Under the pieces are notes generated by a model that saw nothing but the letters and a program-made list of their open reading frames with translations, was not told the origin of the DNA and did not search any database. From an uncultured bacterium (GTDB lineage Bacteria; CAYUVA01), in NCBI GenBank assembly GCA_964448115.1, contig CAYUVA010000044.1:1-38491 (forward strand): a stretch of 38,491 nt of DNA. The letters run 5' to 3'. The position numbers were made by a program, and so were the translations under genes. The number at the start of each line of letters is the position of its first letter. The first letter of the stretch is position 1. Shown here piece after piece: positions 9,275 to 19,060 of the stretch.

Positions 9275-10788
9275 TAATGGCGCGTTGGCTTTCGTTCTTG
9301 CTTACCTTTTAACATAAGCGCCCTGGTTATCGATTGGCCAATGCGCTCCAGGACCGTCTCTATCTCGTCGAGCTTCTCCTCGGCGTGGCGATGGCTTATC
9401 GGTATGATGTCAAGATAGTTATCTGTATAGGGCTTCCACCTGAGGTTGAAAAGCGGGTGTTCATTCTGTGCAAATACCTCTACAATCGGCACGCCCATGG
9501 CAGCGGCGATATGGCTTCCTGCCGAGTCATAACCGATGAAGAGATCCGAGATGGAGATCATGGTGCATAAGCCCTCCAGTTGACGATCCCAGACTATCAC
9601 CCTTGCCCCCTGCAAAGCCGAGTTCATAACATGGTGTTTATGGTCGATGATTGCAGTCTTGACTCCGTTGGCTTGAAGATGCGAGATAAGGCTATCTGTC
9701 TGTTGGTGCTCATCATGGTTGGCGCCACGGTTGAGCATGGCAACAATCCCTTGCTCTTCGATTAGGCGCTCGAGCAGTCTTTGCTCGAAGGCGCGTGGCA
9801 TCTTCTTTTTGTCATTACCTCCCACTCCCAAGCTGAGCGAGACTAGCTTAGCTGGCCTGCTTTTCCCTATAAGGAGATCCCTCACCCTTCTTCCCAGCTC
9901 AAGGTTAGCATCATCGAGGGCTATAAAGGGCTTTGGTTTATCGCCCTTGCCGAACAGCTCTCCGAGCCACTGAATGGTGTATTCGGTGATACACTTGTTG
10001 CCTTTATTGCCATAGGAACGGCTGTCGAAGAAGTAATACCGGTTGTCATCAGGACACAGGGGCAACAGCCCAAGCTGGGTATATCTCGAATCCGGGTCGA
10101 TGATCAGGTACTGCTGGGGGGTAAGCTCGCTTATGGAGCTTGATATGATTTCCTCCAGGTTGATCCATGCATTGAGCCTTTCGGTAAGGTTGCCGCTTCG
10201 TTGGTAGTTGACCGGCAGTACCGAGAAATTCTCCAGTCCGGCGAACAATGCGCCCATGAAGGGTGCACAGCATAGGATTATCTCTGCATTTGGTGCCAGG
10301 CTGCGGATCTTGGATATTATCACCCCGGTAACCGCAACCTCGGCGCCGACAGTAACCCTTGACAGGATGATCACCTTTTTCAGCTTGCTCAAGTGTGTCG
10401 AATCAAGCGCTTGTAGCCCATCCTTGAGCCTTAGTATCCGGTCGATTAGATCCTTTTGGCTATAGAGTCCGAACTCCTTGAGCTTCGCATCCAGCAGCTC
10501 TGATGGTGGTAGGCTTCGGCAATATTGGACCACCTGGGCGAAAAGTCGGTAGTAAAGCTCGCTGTTTTCAGGCAGGAATGAGTCGCACAGCCTTTCTACT
10601 AGCAGTCCGAACAAGCAATCGACCCCGATGGCTGAAATGGAAGGGTCTTCACTTGATGCCAACTGGCAGAGAAACTCGATATTATCAAAGAGGTACTCTC
10701 CTTTCCCCTGGTACCTGAGATAGAACTGCTCAGCCGCCTCGTATCCTCGTATTTCAGCCTGCCTTGCAGAATTTCGGTTGGCAACCAT
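9271..10788 (-). CDS. GT9 (heptosyltransferase-like) glycosyltransferase with a helical N-terminal extension
   Basis: VIILSRVTVGAEVAVT, SDLFIGYDSAGSHIAAAMGVPIVEVF, RWKPY motifs of GT9. Confidence 0.75.
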   Translation of the reverse strand: MVANRNSARQAEIRGYEAAEQFYLRYQGKGEYLFDNIEFLCQLASSEDPSISAIGVDCLFGLLVERLCDSFLPENSELYYRLFAQVVQYCRSLPPSELLDAKLKEFGLYSQKDLIDRILRLKDGLQALDSTHLSKLKKVIILSRVTVGAEVAVTGVIISKIRSLAPNAEIILCCAPFMGALFAGLENFSVLPVNYQRSGNLTERLNAWINLEEIISSSISELTPQQYLIIDPDSRYTQLGLLPLCPDDNRYYFFDSRSYGNKGNKCITEYTIQWLGELFGKGDKPKPFIALDDANLELGRRVRDLLIGKSRPAKLVSLSLGVGGNDKKKMPRAFEQRLLERLIEEQGIVAMLNRGANHDEHQQTDSLISHLQANGVKTAIIDHKHHVMNSALQGARVIVWDRQLEGLCTMISISDLFIGYDSAGSHIAAAMGVPIVEVFAQNEHPLFNLRWKPYTDNYLDIIPISHRHAEEKLDEIETVLERIGQSITRALMLKGKQERKPTRHY

Positions 10789-10801
10789 GCAATGTTACCC
10801 T

Positions 10802-12178
10802 CTAGTCGATCAATGCAAACTTTGCCCTGAAGTGCCGAAGGATAACCGGATCGAATGTCATCTTGATCCCCCTTACCAGGTGGCGATTTTTATGCAGCTC
10901 GATGATGGAGTCGGCGAGGTACTCTATGTGGGTATTGGTATATACTCTTCTCGGTATTGCAAGTCGCACCAGCTCCAGCTTAGGGTATATCATCTGCCTG
11001 GTCTTGGGATCTAATTTTGCGAACATGACTCCGCCGATCTCGACAGCCCTGATCCCGGCATGAAGGTACAAGGCAACCGTAACCGCCTGGGCGGGGAATT
11101 GGGACTGGGGTAAGTGGGGTGCGAAAGCCATCGCATCCAGATAAATAGCATGTCCACCAAAGGGCTTAAACACCGGCACCTTTGCCTGGTCTAAAAGCTC
11201 GCCCAGGTAGGCGACCTGCCCGGTGCGATAAGCCAGGTAATCCTCCTGTATTGCCTCTTTAAGTCCGATGGCTATGGCTTCCAAGTCCCTTCCCGCCATG
11301 CCTCCATAGGTGGGGAATCCCTCCCATAAGGTCAGCTTTTCCCGCGCCTGGTAGGCAAATTCATCGATGTTGGTGCAAAAGAAGCCGCCGATATTTACCA
11401 GTGCGTCCTTCTTGGCGCTCATGGTGCAGCCATCCGCGTGGGAGAACATTTCCCGGCAGATCTCGATTATGCTTTTATCCGAGTATCCAGGTTCGTCTCG
11501 CTTGATAAAATAGGCGTTCTCGGCGAAGCGGCAGGCGTCGATGAAGAAAGGGATGCCGTATTTTTTATAGATTCGAGCTGCGCCGGCTATGTTGCTCATT
11601 GAGACAGGCTGTCCAGCCAGGTTGTTATTGGTTATGGTCATCATGCCAAGCGGGATATTATCTTTGTTACGCGAGACGAAGTCTGCTAGCTTTTCTAAAT
11701 CAATATTGCCCTTGAAGGGATAGCTTTCAGATGGGATCAAAGCCTTCTCCGGTAACAGGTCGGTAGCGATCCCCTCTACATGCTCGATATTGGCTCTGGT
11801 GGTATCGAAGTGCGAGTTGCTTGGAACCATCTGTTTTGGCTTCACCATGATATTGAACAGGATCTTCTCGGCAGCTCTTCCCTGGTGTACCGGGATGACA
11901 TGTTTGAAGCCGAATATATCCTTTATCGTTTGCTCAAAATGTTGGTAGTTTCTGCTTCCAGCATAAGCCTCGTCTCCCAGCATGATCCCAGACCACTGTT
12001 CCTGGCTCATGGCAGCGGTTCCGCTATCGGTCAGAAGATCGATAAAAATTGCCTCTGATGGGAGGTTGAAGACATTATAATCAGCCTCTTGCATGATCTT
12101 TTTTCGTTTTTCTTCGGACAGCAATCGAATAGGCTCGATCGATTTAATCTTAAACGGTTCCACTGGTGGTTTCGGCAT
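10802..12178 (-). CDS. tnaA: Tryptophanase (beta-eliminating PLP lyase)
   Basis: EPFKIKSIE, IDLLTDSGT, GDEAYAGS, HQGRAAE, HFDTTRA, DACRFAEN, MSAKKD (PLP Lys), EGFPTYGG, RLAIPRRVYT, LRHF. SAKKD and RHF favour tryptophanase over tyrosine phenol-lyase (SGKKD/RFF). Confidence 0.85.
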   Translation of the reverse strand: MPKPPVEPFKIKSIEPIRLLSEEKRKKIMQEADYNVFNLPSEAIFIDLLTDSGTAAMSQEQWSGIMLGDEAYAGSRNYQHFEQTIKDIFGFKHVIPVHQGRAAEKILFNIMVKPKQMVPSNSHFDTTRANIEHVEGIATDLLPEKALIPSESYPFKGNIDLEKLADFVSRNKDNIPLGMMTITNNNLAGQPVSMSNIAGAARIYKKYGIPFFIDACRFAENAYFIKRDEPGYSDKSIIEICREMFSHADGCTMSAKKDALVNIGGFFCTNIDEFAYQAREKLTLWEGFPTYGGMAGRDLEAIAIGLKEAIQEDYLAYRTGQVAYLGELLDQAKVPVFKPFGGHAIYLDAMAFAPHLPQSQFPAQAVTVALYLHAGIRAVEIGGVMFAKLDPKTRQMIYPKLELVRLAIPRRVYTNTHIEYLADSIIELHKNRHLVRGIKMTFDPVILRHFRAKFALID

Positions 12179-12381
12179 TCTATTACCCTTCCCTTTGCTT
12201 AACCTTCAACGGCACTACATTCCTTACAATGAATCAAGTAGCATATTGCAATGCATAGAGTTGGTTTTCTTATCACAAGGTGTGAGTTTACAAAAATGTG
12301 TCTAAAATATAAAGTTCAACCTGATGTGCGATTCAAGATGTTCGACAAATGATAGGTAACGCTGGTTAAGCCATAACAACC

Positions 12382-14427
12382 ATGTCTAGTTACAACAGCA
12401 AAGGAATCTGGAAGGATAGCAAACCATCTGATGTCTTAGATCCCTACCCCAAGAGCCTGCGCAGTTCCTACCATGCGCTGATCGCTGGGTGCATAGCCGG
12501 GCTATTCTTCGGCGTGGCGGAGCTGCTAGATATCCTTTCCCATCATGACTTGGGCAAGTTTTCCTTTTTCTATGCAACTGTGATTACCGATATTCTGCTT
12601 TTCGATGCGTTGCTTGGTGCTTTGATAAGCTTGTTATTCAACATCGTGATATATCTTGTTTTATCTTGTTTTGTACATTTCACGGTGCAGTTTTACAAGA
12701 TCCTCGATTTTTCTTTCACCATAGCGCTTTTGGCAAGCTCATTTTACTTGTTCAATGTATTCCTTCGACAGCATGAGCCAAAGAGTTTGCTAAGCTTTTC
12801 GGGACTCGGCACGACCGGTATAATCTTCGCTTGTCATTTTATGATCTTCTTCGGTATCTTGCTATTTCTCAGCGATAAGGTCTATCCAAGAAAGCCCAAT
12901 CATTTTGCACTTGAGCCTTTCAAGTATCTATTTTTCCCCGTTCTTCTCTCCTTTATAACCCTATGTTGTTTTAGCATAACCAGCCGTCTTTCCTTTGAGA
13001 GGCAATCCATGATGGTCTTTGAAGAGCCGAAGAAACTGGAGGAGAAGACCTTCAATATCATCCTGATTTTGCTGGATACCCTTCGAGCGGATCATCTGGG
13101 CGCTTATGGTAATCCGTGGATAAAGACCCCCAACCTCGACTGGGTGGCGCAAAATGGCGGCACCATCAGTAATGCTTATACGAATATACCGCTAACATCC
13201 CCCGCTATCGCATCAATATTCAGCGGGCTAAGCCCGACTAAAAGCTATGTTTGGCACAATAACATGCCCTATCAGGGGGATGAAGATCGCCTGTTAGCGG
13301 CAGCATATAAAAGGGTCGGCTTCAAGACCGCAGCCTTCATCTCCGGGTTTCCGTTGCGCAAGGGGATGTGTAACCTGGATGGAGGTTTTGAGATATATGA
13401 CGATTACTTCAGCCCCTATTTCTTGCTCCCGGACCCGGTCTTCGATATTGCGTTATTTCGCCTGCTCGATCGTCTGGGTTTATACAAGCCGATGCTTTTA
13501 ATAGAGCGCGATTGCAGGGCAACCACCGAACGGGCGCTTGCCTGGATATATAGTAATTACAATCGAAAGTTTTTCATGTTTCTCCATTATTTCGATGCCC
13601 ATACGCCTTACATACCATCAGAGCAGGCTTTATCGGCGCTCGAAGGAAGTATCCCTGAACACCTCGAGGATGGTTATTTCCCAAGAGAATACGAGAGGAT
13701 CAAGGTGGATCAGCGAAACAAGTTCCCTAGCGATGAAAGAAGGATAATCAAGGCATTCTACGCCTCGGAGATCGAAAAGATAGACCAACAAATAGGAAAG
13801 CTACTCAGGGCGCTGAAAAATTACAGCCTTTTACACAAGACCATTCTTTTGATCGTTTCCGACCATGGTGAGTCCCTGGGCGAGCACAACTATTTTTTCG
13901 ATCACGGCAGGGATCTGTACCAGCCATGCCTGCATGTGCCGTTTGTAGGATACCTTCCCAGAGCCTTTCCGCTTCCGAGCAATTACCGGTCCGGTATGTG
14001 CATCGATGTGGCAGTGGACCTGGTCGATCTCTATCCATGGATCCAGCGCATAAATGGTATTGCGCCCAGGTTCGATTCCGAGGGAGAATCATTTTACCTG
14101 GCAGAAGGAGCACAGCCGGACAGAAGCCCTGCCATCCTTTCACAAACCTCATCATTTCAGGCAGATGGCAACCGATATTTCAGCGTCCTGGAAGGTAACC
14201 ATAAGCTAATAACGGATACGGTCGGCAATCTTCAGCTTTATGACCTGGACAGGGATCCCTTGGAACAGATTAACCTGGTAGATTCAAAGCGTAAGCCAAA
14301 GGATTACCCCCAAATGCTTGAGCTATTAAACGATTTCAAGAAAGAGGCGAGCCGGGAGTATAAGGTTACAATCCAGGCTGATCCCAAGGTAAAACAGACC
14401 CTACGCACCTTGGGGTATCTAAAATGA
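12382..14427 (+). CDS. Membrane-anchored sulfatase-like hydrolase/transferase (alkaline phosphatase superfamily)
   Basis: About 5 N-terminal TM segments; NIILILLDTLRADHLGAYG, HYFDAHTPY, VSDHGESLGEH, DHG, LYDLDRDPLEQINL, C-terminal LRTLGYL. Confidence 0.85.
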   Translation: MSSYNSKGIWKDSKPSDVLDPYPKSLRSSYHALIAGCIAGLFFGVAELLDILSHHDLGKFSFFYATVITDILLFDALLGALISLLFNIVIYLVLSCFVHFTVQFYKILDFSFTIALLASSFYLFNVFLRQHEPKSLLSFSGLGTTGIIFACHFMIFFGILLFLSDKVYPRKPNHFALEPFKYLFFPVLLSFITLCCFSITSRLSFERQSMMVFEEPKKLEEKTFNIILILLDTLRADHLGAYGNPWIKTPNLDWVAQNGGTISNAYTNIPLTSPAIASIFSGLSPTKSYVWHNNMPYQGDEDRLLAAAYKRVGFKTAAFISGFPLRKGMCNLDGGFEIYDDYFSPYFLLPDPVFDIALFRLLDRLGLYKPMLLIERDCRATTERALAWIYSNYNRKFFMFLHYFDAHTPYIPSEQALSALEGSIPEHLEDGYFPREYERIKVDQRNKFPSDERRIIKAFYASEIEKIDQQIGKLLRALKNYSLLHKTILLIVSDHGESLGEHNYFFDHGRDLYQPCLHVPFVGYLPRAFPLPSNYRSGMCIDVAVDLVDLYPWIQRINGIAPRFDSEGESFYLAEGAQPDRSPAILSQTSSFQADGNRYFSVLEGNHKLITDTVGNLQLYDLDRDPLEQINLVDSKRKPKDYPQMLELLNDFKKEASREYKVTIQADPKVKQTLRTLGYLK

Positions 14428-14467
14428 TGATGCTGATAAGAAGCAAAAACCCTTCAGAAGGCATGGT

Positions 14468-16120
14468 ATGAATAAAAGAAAACCAAGCGACAAAGGATTA
14501 TTAGCAGCAGGGTTGCTGGTGGTCATAGTCGGTCTTTGCGCTATTTTAATCTTATTATCCTTTGACAAATTGCCTATCTATGTCGATGATGCCTTGATTA
14601 CCTACCGATACTCGTGCAATTTAGCACAGGGCAAGGGAGCGGTCTTCAATGAGAACGAGCGGGTAGAGGGTTACACAAATTTTCTATGGATGCTAATCTT
14701 ATCATTTTTCTGCGATCCTGGTGATGAGTACCTGGTGATACACGCCTCCACCGTGCTGGGAATCGTTTTTACCTTGGGAGCCTTGATCGTTCACTTTCTT
14801 TTATGTCGTCTATTGATGCAAGGCAATGCTCTTTATGCTCTGTTGCCAGTATTGCTACTGGGAGTAAATGGCGCTTACTGGATCTGGGCATTGTGCGGTC
14901 TTGAGGGACCTATGTTCATTTTCTGGGTTTTGCTGGGATTGTATCTATTATTTCGTAAGCAATCCAAAGGTAGTCCGCTCGCTTATGTTTTTCTATTTCT
15001 AGCCTCGCTGACCAGGCCGGAGGGTCTTATTTTCGCGCTGTTAAGCTTCCTATATCCATTCAAGCTGCAAGGTTCTCCAAGGGTACAATTTTCCTCTCGT
15101 AAGATAGTCGGAATAGCGATCTTTCTTGTTCCCTACCTGGCTTATTATATCTGGCGATATTATTACTATGGTTATCTGCTGCCCAATACCTTTTATGCGA
15201 AGACTGGTGGCGGTTGGCACCAGATGTTGCGTGGCGCAGAGTATATCCTTGATTTTCTTCACTTTTATGGCTTGCCTTTGCTGATTATACTAGCTGGCTA
15301 TCTCTTTTATCACACAAAGAAGGCTGAGGATCTATTCATTTCGTTGCTTTGCATGGTTTACTTTGCATATATAATTTACATTGGCGGGGACTGGATGCCG
15401 TTCTACAGGTTCCTAGCTCCTGTATTGCCGTTGCTTTACCTATTAGGGGGGCTTGGATTCAGGAGCATTATGGTTGGCCTGGGGAAGACCTCTGATAGCA
15501 GATGGTTGGCATTGGTAATAGCTGTTATTCTAGCCATCTATACCCTGCTTCCTGCATTGAACAGCAAGCACAGGGACAACCTGTTGTTTGAGGACAATCT
15601 TACCCGCATGAGGATAAAGATAGGCAAGTATCTCAAAGCCAACGCCTCACCGGATGCGGTCATCGCTATCGGTGCGGTCGGCGCTATACCTTATTTCAGT
15701 GGTCTTAAGACTATAGACATGCTCGGGCTGGTCGATGAGCATATAGCACATACAAAGAATCTTTCCTTTGGTTCTGCCGGGCATGAGAAGGGAGATCCGG
15801 AATACATATTCAACCGCAAACCGGATTATATATTCCAACTGGCTGCATTGACTGATGAACCAAAGTCGTTCGATGAGTTCGTGCATCATTTTCGGAATCA
15901 TCGTTACAGCAAGCTGTATAACTCGGAGCACTTCAAGGAGTTCTATAGGCTGGAGAACATGCCGTTGGATGGCAGGTTTCTGACCTACTTCAAGCTGAAA
16001 TCAGTCCAGGATCGCAAGTTTTTATTCGAGCTGCCCACCCTTGACAGAAAAAAGCCGAAGGAGTTGGATCCACCAGACGATCCTGCGTCTTCTGTGCACA
16101 CAGACCGAATCATTCACTGA
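14468..16120 (+). CDS. Polytopic GT-C-fold membrane glycosyltransferase-like protein
   Basis: DDALITYRYSCNLAQGKGAVFNENERVEGYTNFLW, GLEGP, LTRPEG, LLPNTFYAK, GGDWMPFYRFLAP, IDMLGLVDEHIAH; about 11 TM helices. Confidence 0.7.
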   Translation: MNKRKPSDKGLLAAGLLVVIVGLCAILILLSFDKLPIYVDDALITYRYSCNLAQGKGAVFNENERVEGYTNFLWMLILSFFCDPGDEYLVIHASTVLGIVFTLGALIVHFLLCRLLMQGNALYALLPVLLLGVNGAYWIWALCGLEGPMFIFWVLLGLYLLFRKQSKGSPLAYVFLFLASLTRPEGLIFALLSFLYPFKLQGSPRVQFSSRKIVGIAIFLVPYLAYYIWRYYYYGYLLPNTFYAKTGGGWHQMLRGAEYILDFLHFYGLPLLIILAGYLFYHTKKAEDLFISLLCMVYFAYIIYIGGDWMPFYRFLAPVLPLLYLLGGLGFRSIMVGLGKTSDSRWLALVIAVILAIYTLLPALNSKHRDNLLFEDNLTRMRIKIGKYLKANASPDAVIAIGAVGAIPYFSGLKTIDMLGLVDEHIAHTKNLSFGSAGHEKGDPEYIFNRKPDYIFQLAALTDEPKSFDEFVHHFRNHRYSKLYNSEHFKEFYRLENMPLDGRFLTYFKLKSVQDRKFLFELPTLDRKKPKELDPPDDPASSVHTDRIIH

Positions 16121-16130
16121 TATCGACAGC

Positions 16131-16189
16131 GTGGGGGCAATCCCCTGTGGTTGCTCAATTTGAGGGCAGGCATGGGGACCTGCTCCTAC
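16131..16189. repeat. Inverted pair of GTAG-type REP elements (REPIN-like doublet)
   Basis: + strand GTGGGGGCAATCCCCTGTGGTTGCTC (16131-16156) and - strand GTAGGAGCAGGTCCCCATGCCTGCCCT (16163-16189), each an imperfect hairpin after a GTAG/GTGG tetranucleotide. Confidence 0.75.
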
Positions 16190-16317
16190 AGTATTTGTCC
16201 CAAAAGACATTCATCATTTTGAACGCATATTGTTATAAAATACGCGCCGGATTGTGAATAATCGTAACCTTTTAACCGGATCGAACGGCGATGATGTTGG
16301 TCTGGATCATATCTCAT
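16186..16317 (-). pseudogene. Truncated REP-associated tyrosine transposase (RAYT/TnpA-REP, Y1 HUH family) N-terminus
   Basis: Manual translation MRYDPDQHHRRSIRLKGYDYSQSGAYFITICVQNDECLLGQIL* matches the characteristic RAYT N-terminus (HRRSIRLKGYDYSQxGAYFxTIC). There is no HUH motif or catalytic Tyr, and REPs flank it. Confidence 0.85.
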
Positions 16318-16333
16318 TGTTCATATTTCCATA

Positions 16334-16360
16334 GGGGCAGACACCCGGTTTTGTCCCTAC
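16334..16360 (-). repeat. GTAG-type REP element upstream of the RAYT remnant
   Basis: Minus strand GTAGGGACAAAACCGGGTGTCTGCCCC, an imperfect hairpin. Confidence 0.7.
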
Positions 16361-16615
16361 GATGAGGTTTCAATGATCGTCGGTTTGATCATTCAAATTA
16401 TCGACCATTTCGCATATATCTCGTTCTTATTCTACTACCTGCCTCATTTCACAATATTTGGAATCTCTATCATACTGCTACATGGCAAATCTAATCCAAT
16501 TATCCAATGACTTGACATTCGGGTTGTATCACTGACAAGATCCCTTCTGTTTATGATAATTAGAGCTACAGGTATGACTGCCAATAAATGATAAATGCTA
16601 TATGGAGCTGAGTGA

Positions 16616-19060
16616 ATGGCGCTTTTTAGAAAAAGTAAAGTAAAAAAGTTGCAGCAAAGGGCACTCGAAAGAATCGAAAATCCCCTTGAGGCAATGAAAC
16701 AGGTAGATGAGCTACTGAAACTATCAGCAGATGATGACATACCTATATTGATCGAGAAGATCCTCTCAGCGCCAGCCGCCGATGAGTATCGAGAAGAGAT
16801 TCTATCTTGGGCTGCCGAGAGCTACGATAAACTGGGTGATACGACCAGGGCGGGGCAGCTTTACTCCGAGTTGCTCCGAGCATGTCCGAACTCCCCCTTT
16901 TCCATCAAAGCAAAGATTAGGCTCGCTGATCTAGCCATTGCCGAGCCAGATAAATATTCGAACCTCATGGAACAATTCGGACTTGGTCGCTTCTGTAAAG
17001 AACAGGATGCAGGCTCTTTGCCGAAGGAGCATCAGGTTCGATTCATCTTTACTAAGGCTCGATATCTTCTAGCCATCAGCGCCCTGTCTGAGGGAATGAA
17101 GTTGCTTGAAAGTTTGAAGGCATCGGGCGAACTTGCCGGGCTGGCTCCTTCGACAATAGTCGAATACTATCTTCTTTACGCCGATTTTGTTATCGATCAG
17201 CAGCCAATCGACACACAGAGACTGGAGGATACATATCGCTCTGCGCTGGAGCACGCCCATCAGGATCGGGATCGTGCCATAGTCTATTTGCATTATGGCA
17301 GGGCGCTGGCAGAAAGCTCGCTTAACCAGGCTATAGAGAAGTACGAGAACGCAGCCCGCTATTTCCAGAGCAGCAAGGAGACGAGACAAAAGGCGGTAGA
17401 GACAGGTATCGAACTGGCTGAGCTTTACCTTAAACATAATCAGGCGCAGCAAGCGATATTCGAGCTTGAAAAGACCCTGAAGAACCTGAATCCACAAAGG
17501 GTTCAGAGGCTCCAGATATTGCGACTTATGGCTTCGATATTTCTAAAAAGGTCAAGGCTTAAGGAGGCATTATCGGCAGCTCAATCAGCCATGCAACAGG
17601 CGCAATCATTGGCGGAAAGGGCACTGGTATCACTAGATCTCGGGGAGATAAAGGCTGCCATGGAGGATTATTCCTCGGCTGCCTTGGACATACAAAAGGC
17701 TTTGGAATGCGATGAATTACCGCAAAATCAGTGCTGGAAGGGAATGGCACTGCTAGGCAGGTGCGAGTTGGAACTGGGTAATCCTGATCAGGCGGTATCT
17801 ATTTTGAATGATCTGGTAAAGGAGTGCGACTCGACCGAGATCTTGTCCCAGGCTCATTATCTACTGGGGATGCGACTGCTCAAGGAAGGGAAGAGCGCAA
17901 GCGACCTAGTTAACGGTGCCATGAGCCTGAGGGATTTCCTTCGCCTCACCGATGATGTGGTGGCTAGGGCATCGGTAATAGAGGAATTAAGAAACTTGCG
18001 TGCCAGCCTAGCCATAGGCGAACAAGAGGTCCTTTTTTCTCAGGCGGAGCGCTTCAAGCTCGATGAAATATTGACTGATACGATCGGGGTGGGGGATCTC
18101 TTCGAGCGCCTCAAGGTCGGCTTGGGTAAGACCAGAAAGAGCCTAGTCATGCGCATCGAGAGCATCCTTTCCGAGGCATCTGAGGTCAACGAGGAGCTGC
18201 TCGACCAGGTGGAAGAAACGCTCGTATTATCGGATCTAGGTATCGATACGACCATGAATATAATGGATTACCTTCGCGGTAGATTCAGACATAAGCAACT
18301 GACCCAACCGGAGGAGATCTTATATTTCATCAAGGCACAACTGGAGGAAATCCTTCTGGAACACGGGGATGTGAAGGTGGATGTCGATGCTCATAAGCCT
18401 TTTGTTTTCTTGATCGTGGGAGTAAATGGCACCGGTAAGACAACATCGATAGCCAAGCTGGCATACAAGTATCGCAAGGAGGGGAAGCGGGTGCTGCTGG
18501 TGGCGGCAGACACCTTCCGCGCCGGCGCCATCGAACAGCTAGCGATCTGGGCAGAGCGGGTCGGCGCTGATATCATCAAGCACAAGGAAGGCTCCGATCC
18601 TACAGCAGTGGTCTATGATGCGATAAACGCCTCCGGTTCACGAGATTATGATGTTATAATCATCGATACGGCAGGTCGCTTGCATACCAAGATCAACCTG
18701 ATGGAGGAGATGAAGAAGCTGCGTCGCGTAACCAACCGTGAGCTTCCCGGTGCTCCACATGAGACTTTGCTCGTATTGGATGCCACCACCGGGCAAAACG
18801 CAATAAACCAGGCAAAGGTCTTTAACGAGGCGCTTACCTTGAGCGGAATAATCCTAACCAAGCTGGATGGTACCGCAAAGGGCGGGATTGTGATCACTAT
18901 CTCGCACGAGCTAAAGATACCGGTCAAGTTCATCGGAATCGGCGAAAAGATGTATGATCTAAGGGAGTTCAAGCCTGAAGAGTTCATCGAGGCGCTCTTC
19001 GGGGAGAGAACCATGTCAAGCGGATCCAGCAAGATCGAAACAATCGAGCCATCCGAATAA
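16616..19060 (+). CDS. ftsY: Signal recognition particle receptor FtsY with a ~490-aa N-terminal TPR-like domain
   Basis: NG domain from about aa 493 (LFERLKVGLGKTR): GVNGTGKTT, DTFRAGA, DTAGRLHTK, LVLDATTGQN, TKLDGTAKGG, FIGIGEK. The N-terminus has TPR-like helix pairs (LGDTTRAGQLYSELL, LGRCELELGNPDQAVSILNDLV, AHYLLG). Confidence 0.93.
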   Translation: MALFRKSKVKKLQQRALERIENPLEAMKQVDELLKLSADDDIPILIEKILSAPAADEYREEILSWAAESYDKLGDTTRAGQLYSELLRACPNSPFSIKAKIRLADLAIAEPDKYSNLMEQFGLGRFCKEQDAGSLPKEHQVRFIFTKARYLLAISALSEGMKLLESLKASGELAGLAPSTIVEYYLLYADFVIDQQPIDTQRLEDTYRSALEHAHQDRDRAIVYLHYGRALAESSLNQAIEKYENAARYFQSSKETRQKAVETGIELAELYLKHNQAQQAIFELEKTLKNLNPQRVQRLQILRLMASIFLKRSRLKEALSAAQSAMQQAQSLAERALVSLDLGEIKAAMEDYSSAALDIQKALECDELPQNQCWKGMALLGRCELELGNPDQAVSILNDLVKECDSTEILSQAHYLLGMRLLKEGKSASDLVNGAMSLRDFLRLTDDVVARASVIEELRNLRASLAIGEQEVLFSQAERFKLDEILTDTIGVGDLFERLKVGLGKTRKSLVMRIESILSEASEVNEELLDQVEETLVLSDLGIDTTMNIMDYLRGRFRHKQLTQPEEILYFIKAQLEEILLEHGDVKVDVDAHKPFVFLIVGVNGTGKTTSIAKLAYKYRKEGKRVLLVAADTFRAGAIEQLAIWAERVGADIIKHKEGSDPTAVVYDAINASGSRDYDVIIIDTAGRLHTKINLMEEMKKLRRVTNRELPGAPHETLLVLDATTGQNAINQAKVFNEALTLSGIILTKLDGTAKGGIVITISHELKIPVKFIGIGEKMYDLREFKPEEFIEALFGERTMSSGSSKIETIEPSE

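Noticed and set aside
10802-12178. Tyrosine phenol-lyase call
   Set aside because: SAKKD and LRHF match tryptophanase better, though specificity is not proven.
16022-16210. 62-aa minus-strand ORF
   Set aside because: It is a translation of the REP doublet/RAYT remnant running antisense into the GT-C gene, not an independent gene.
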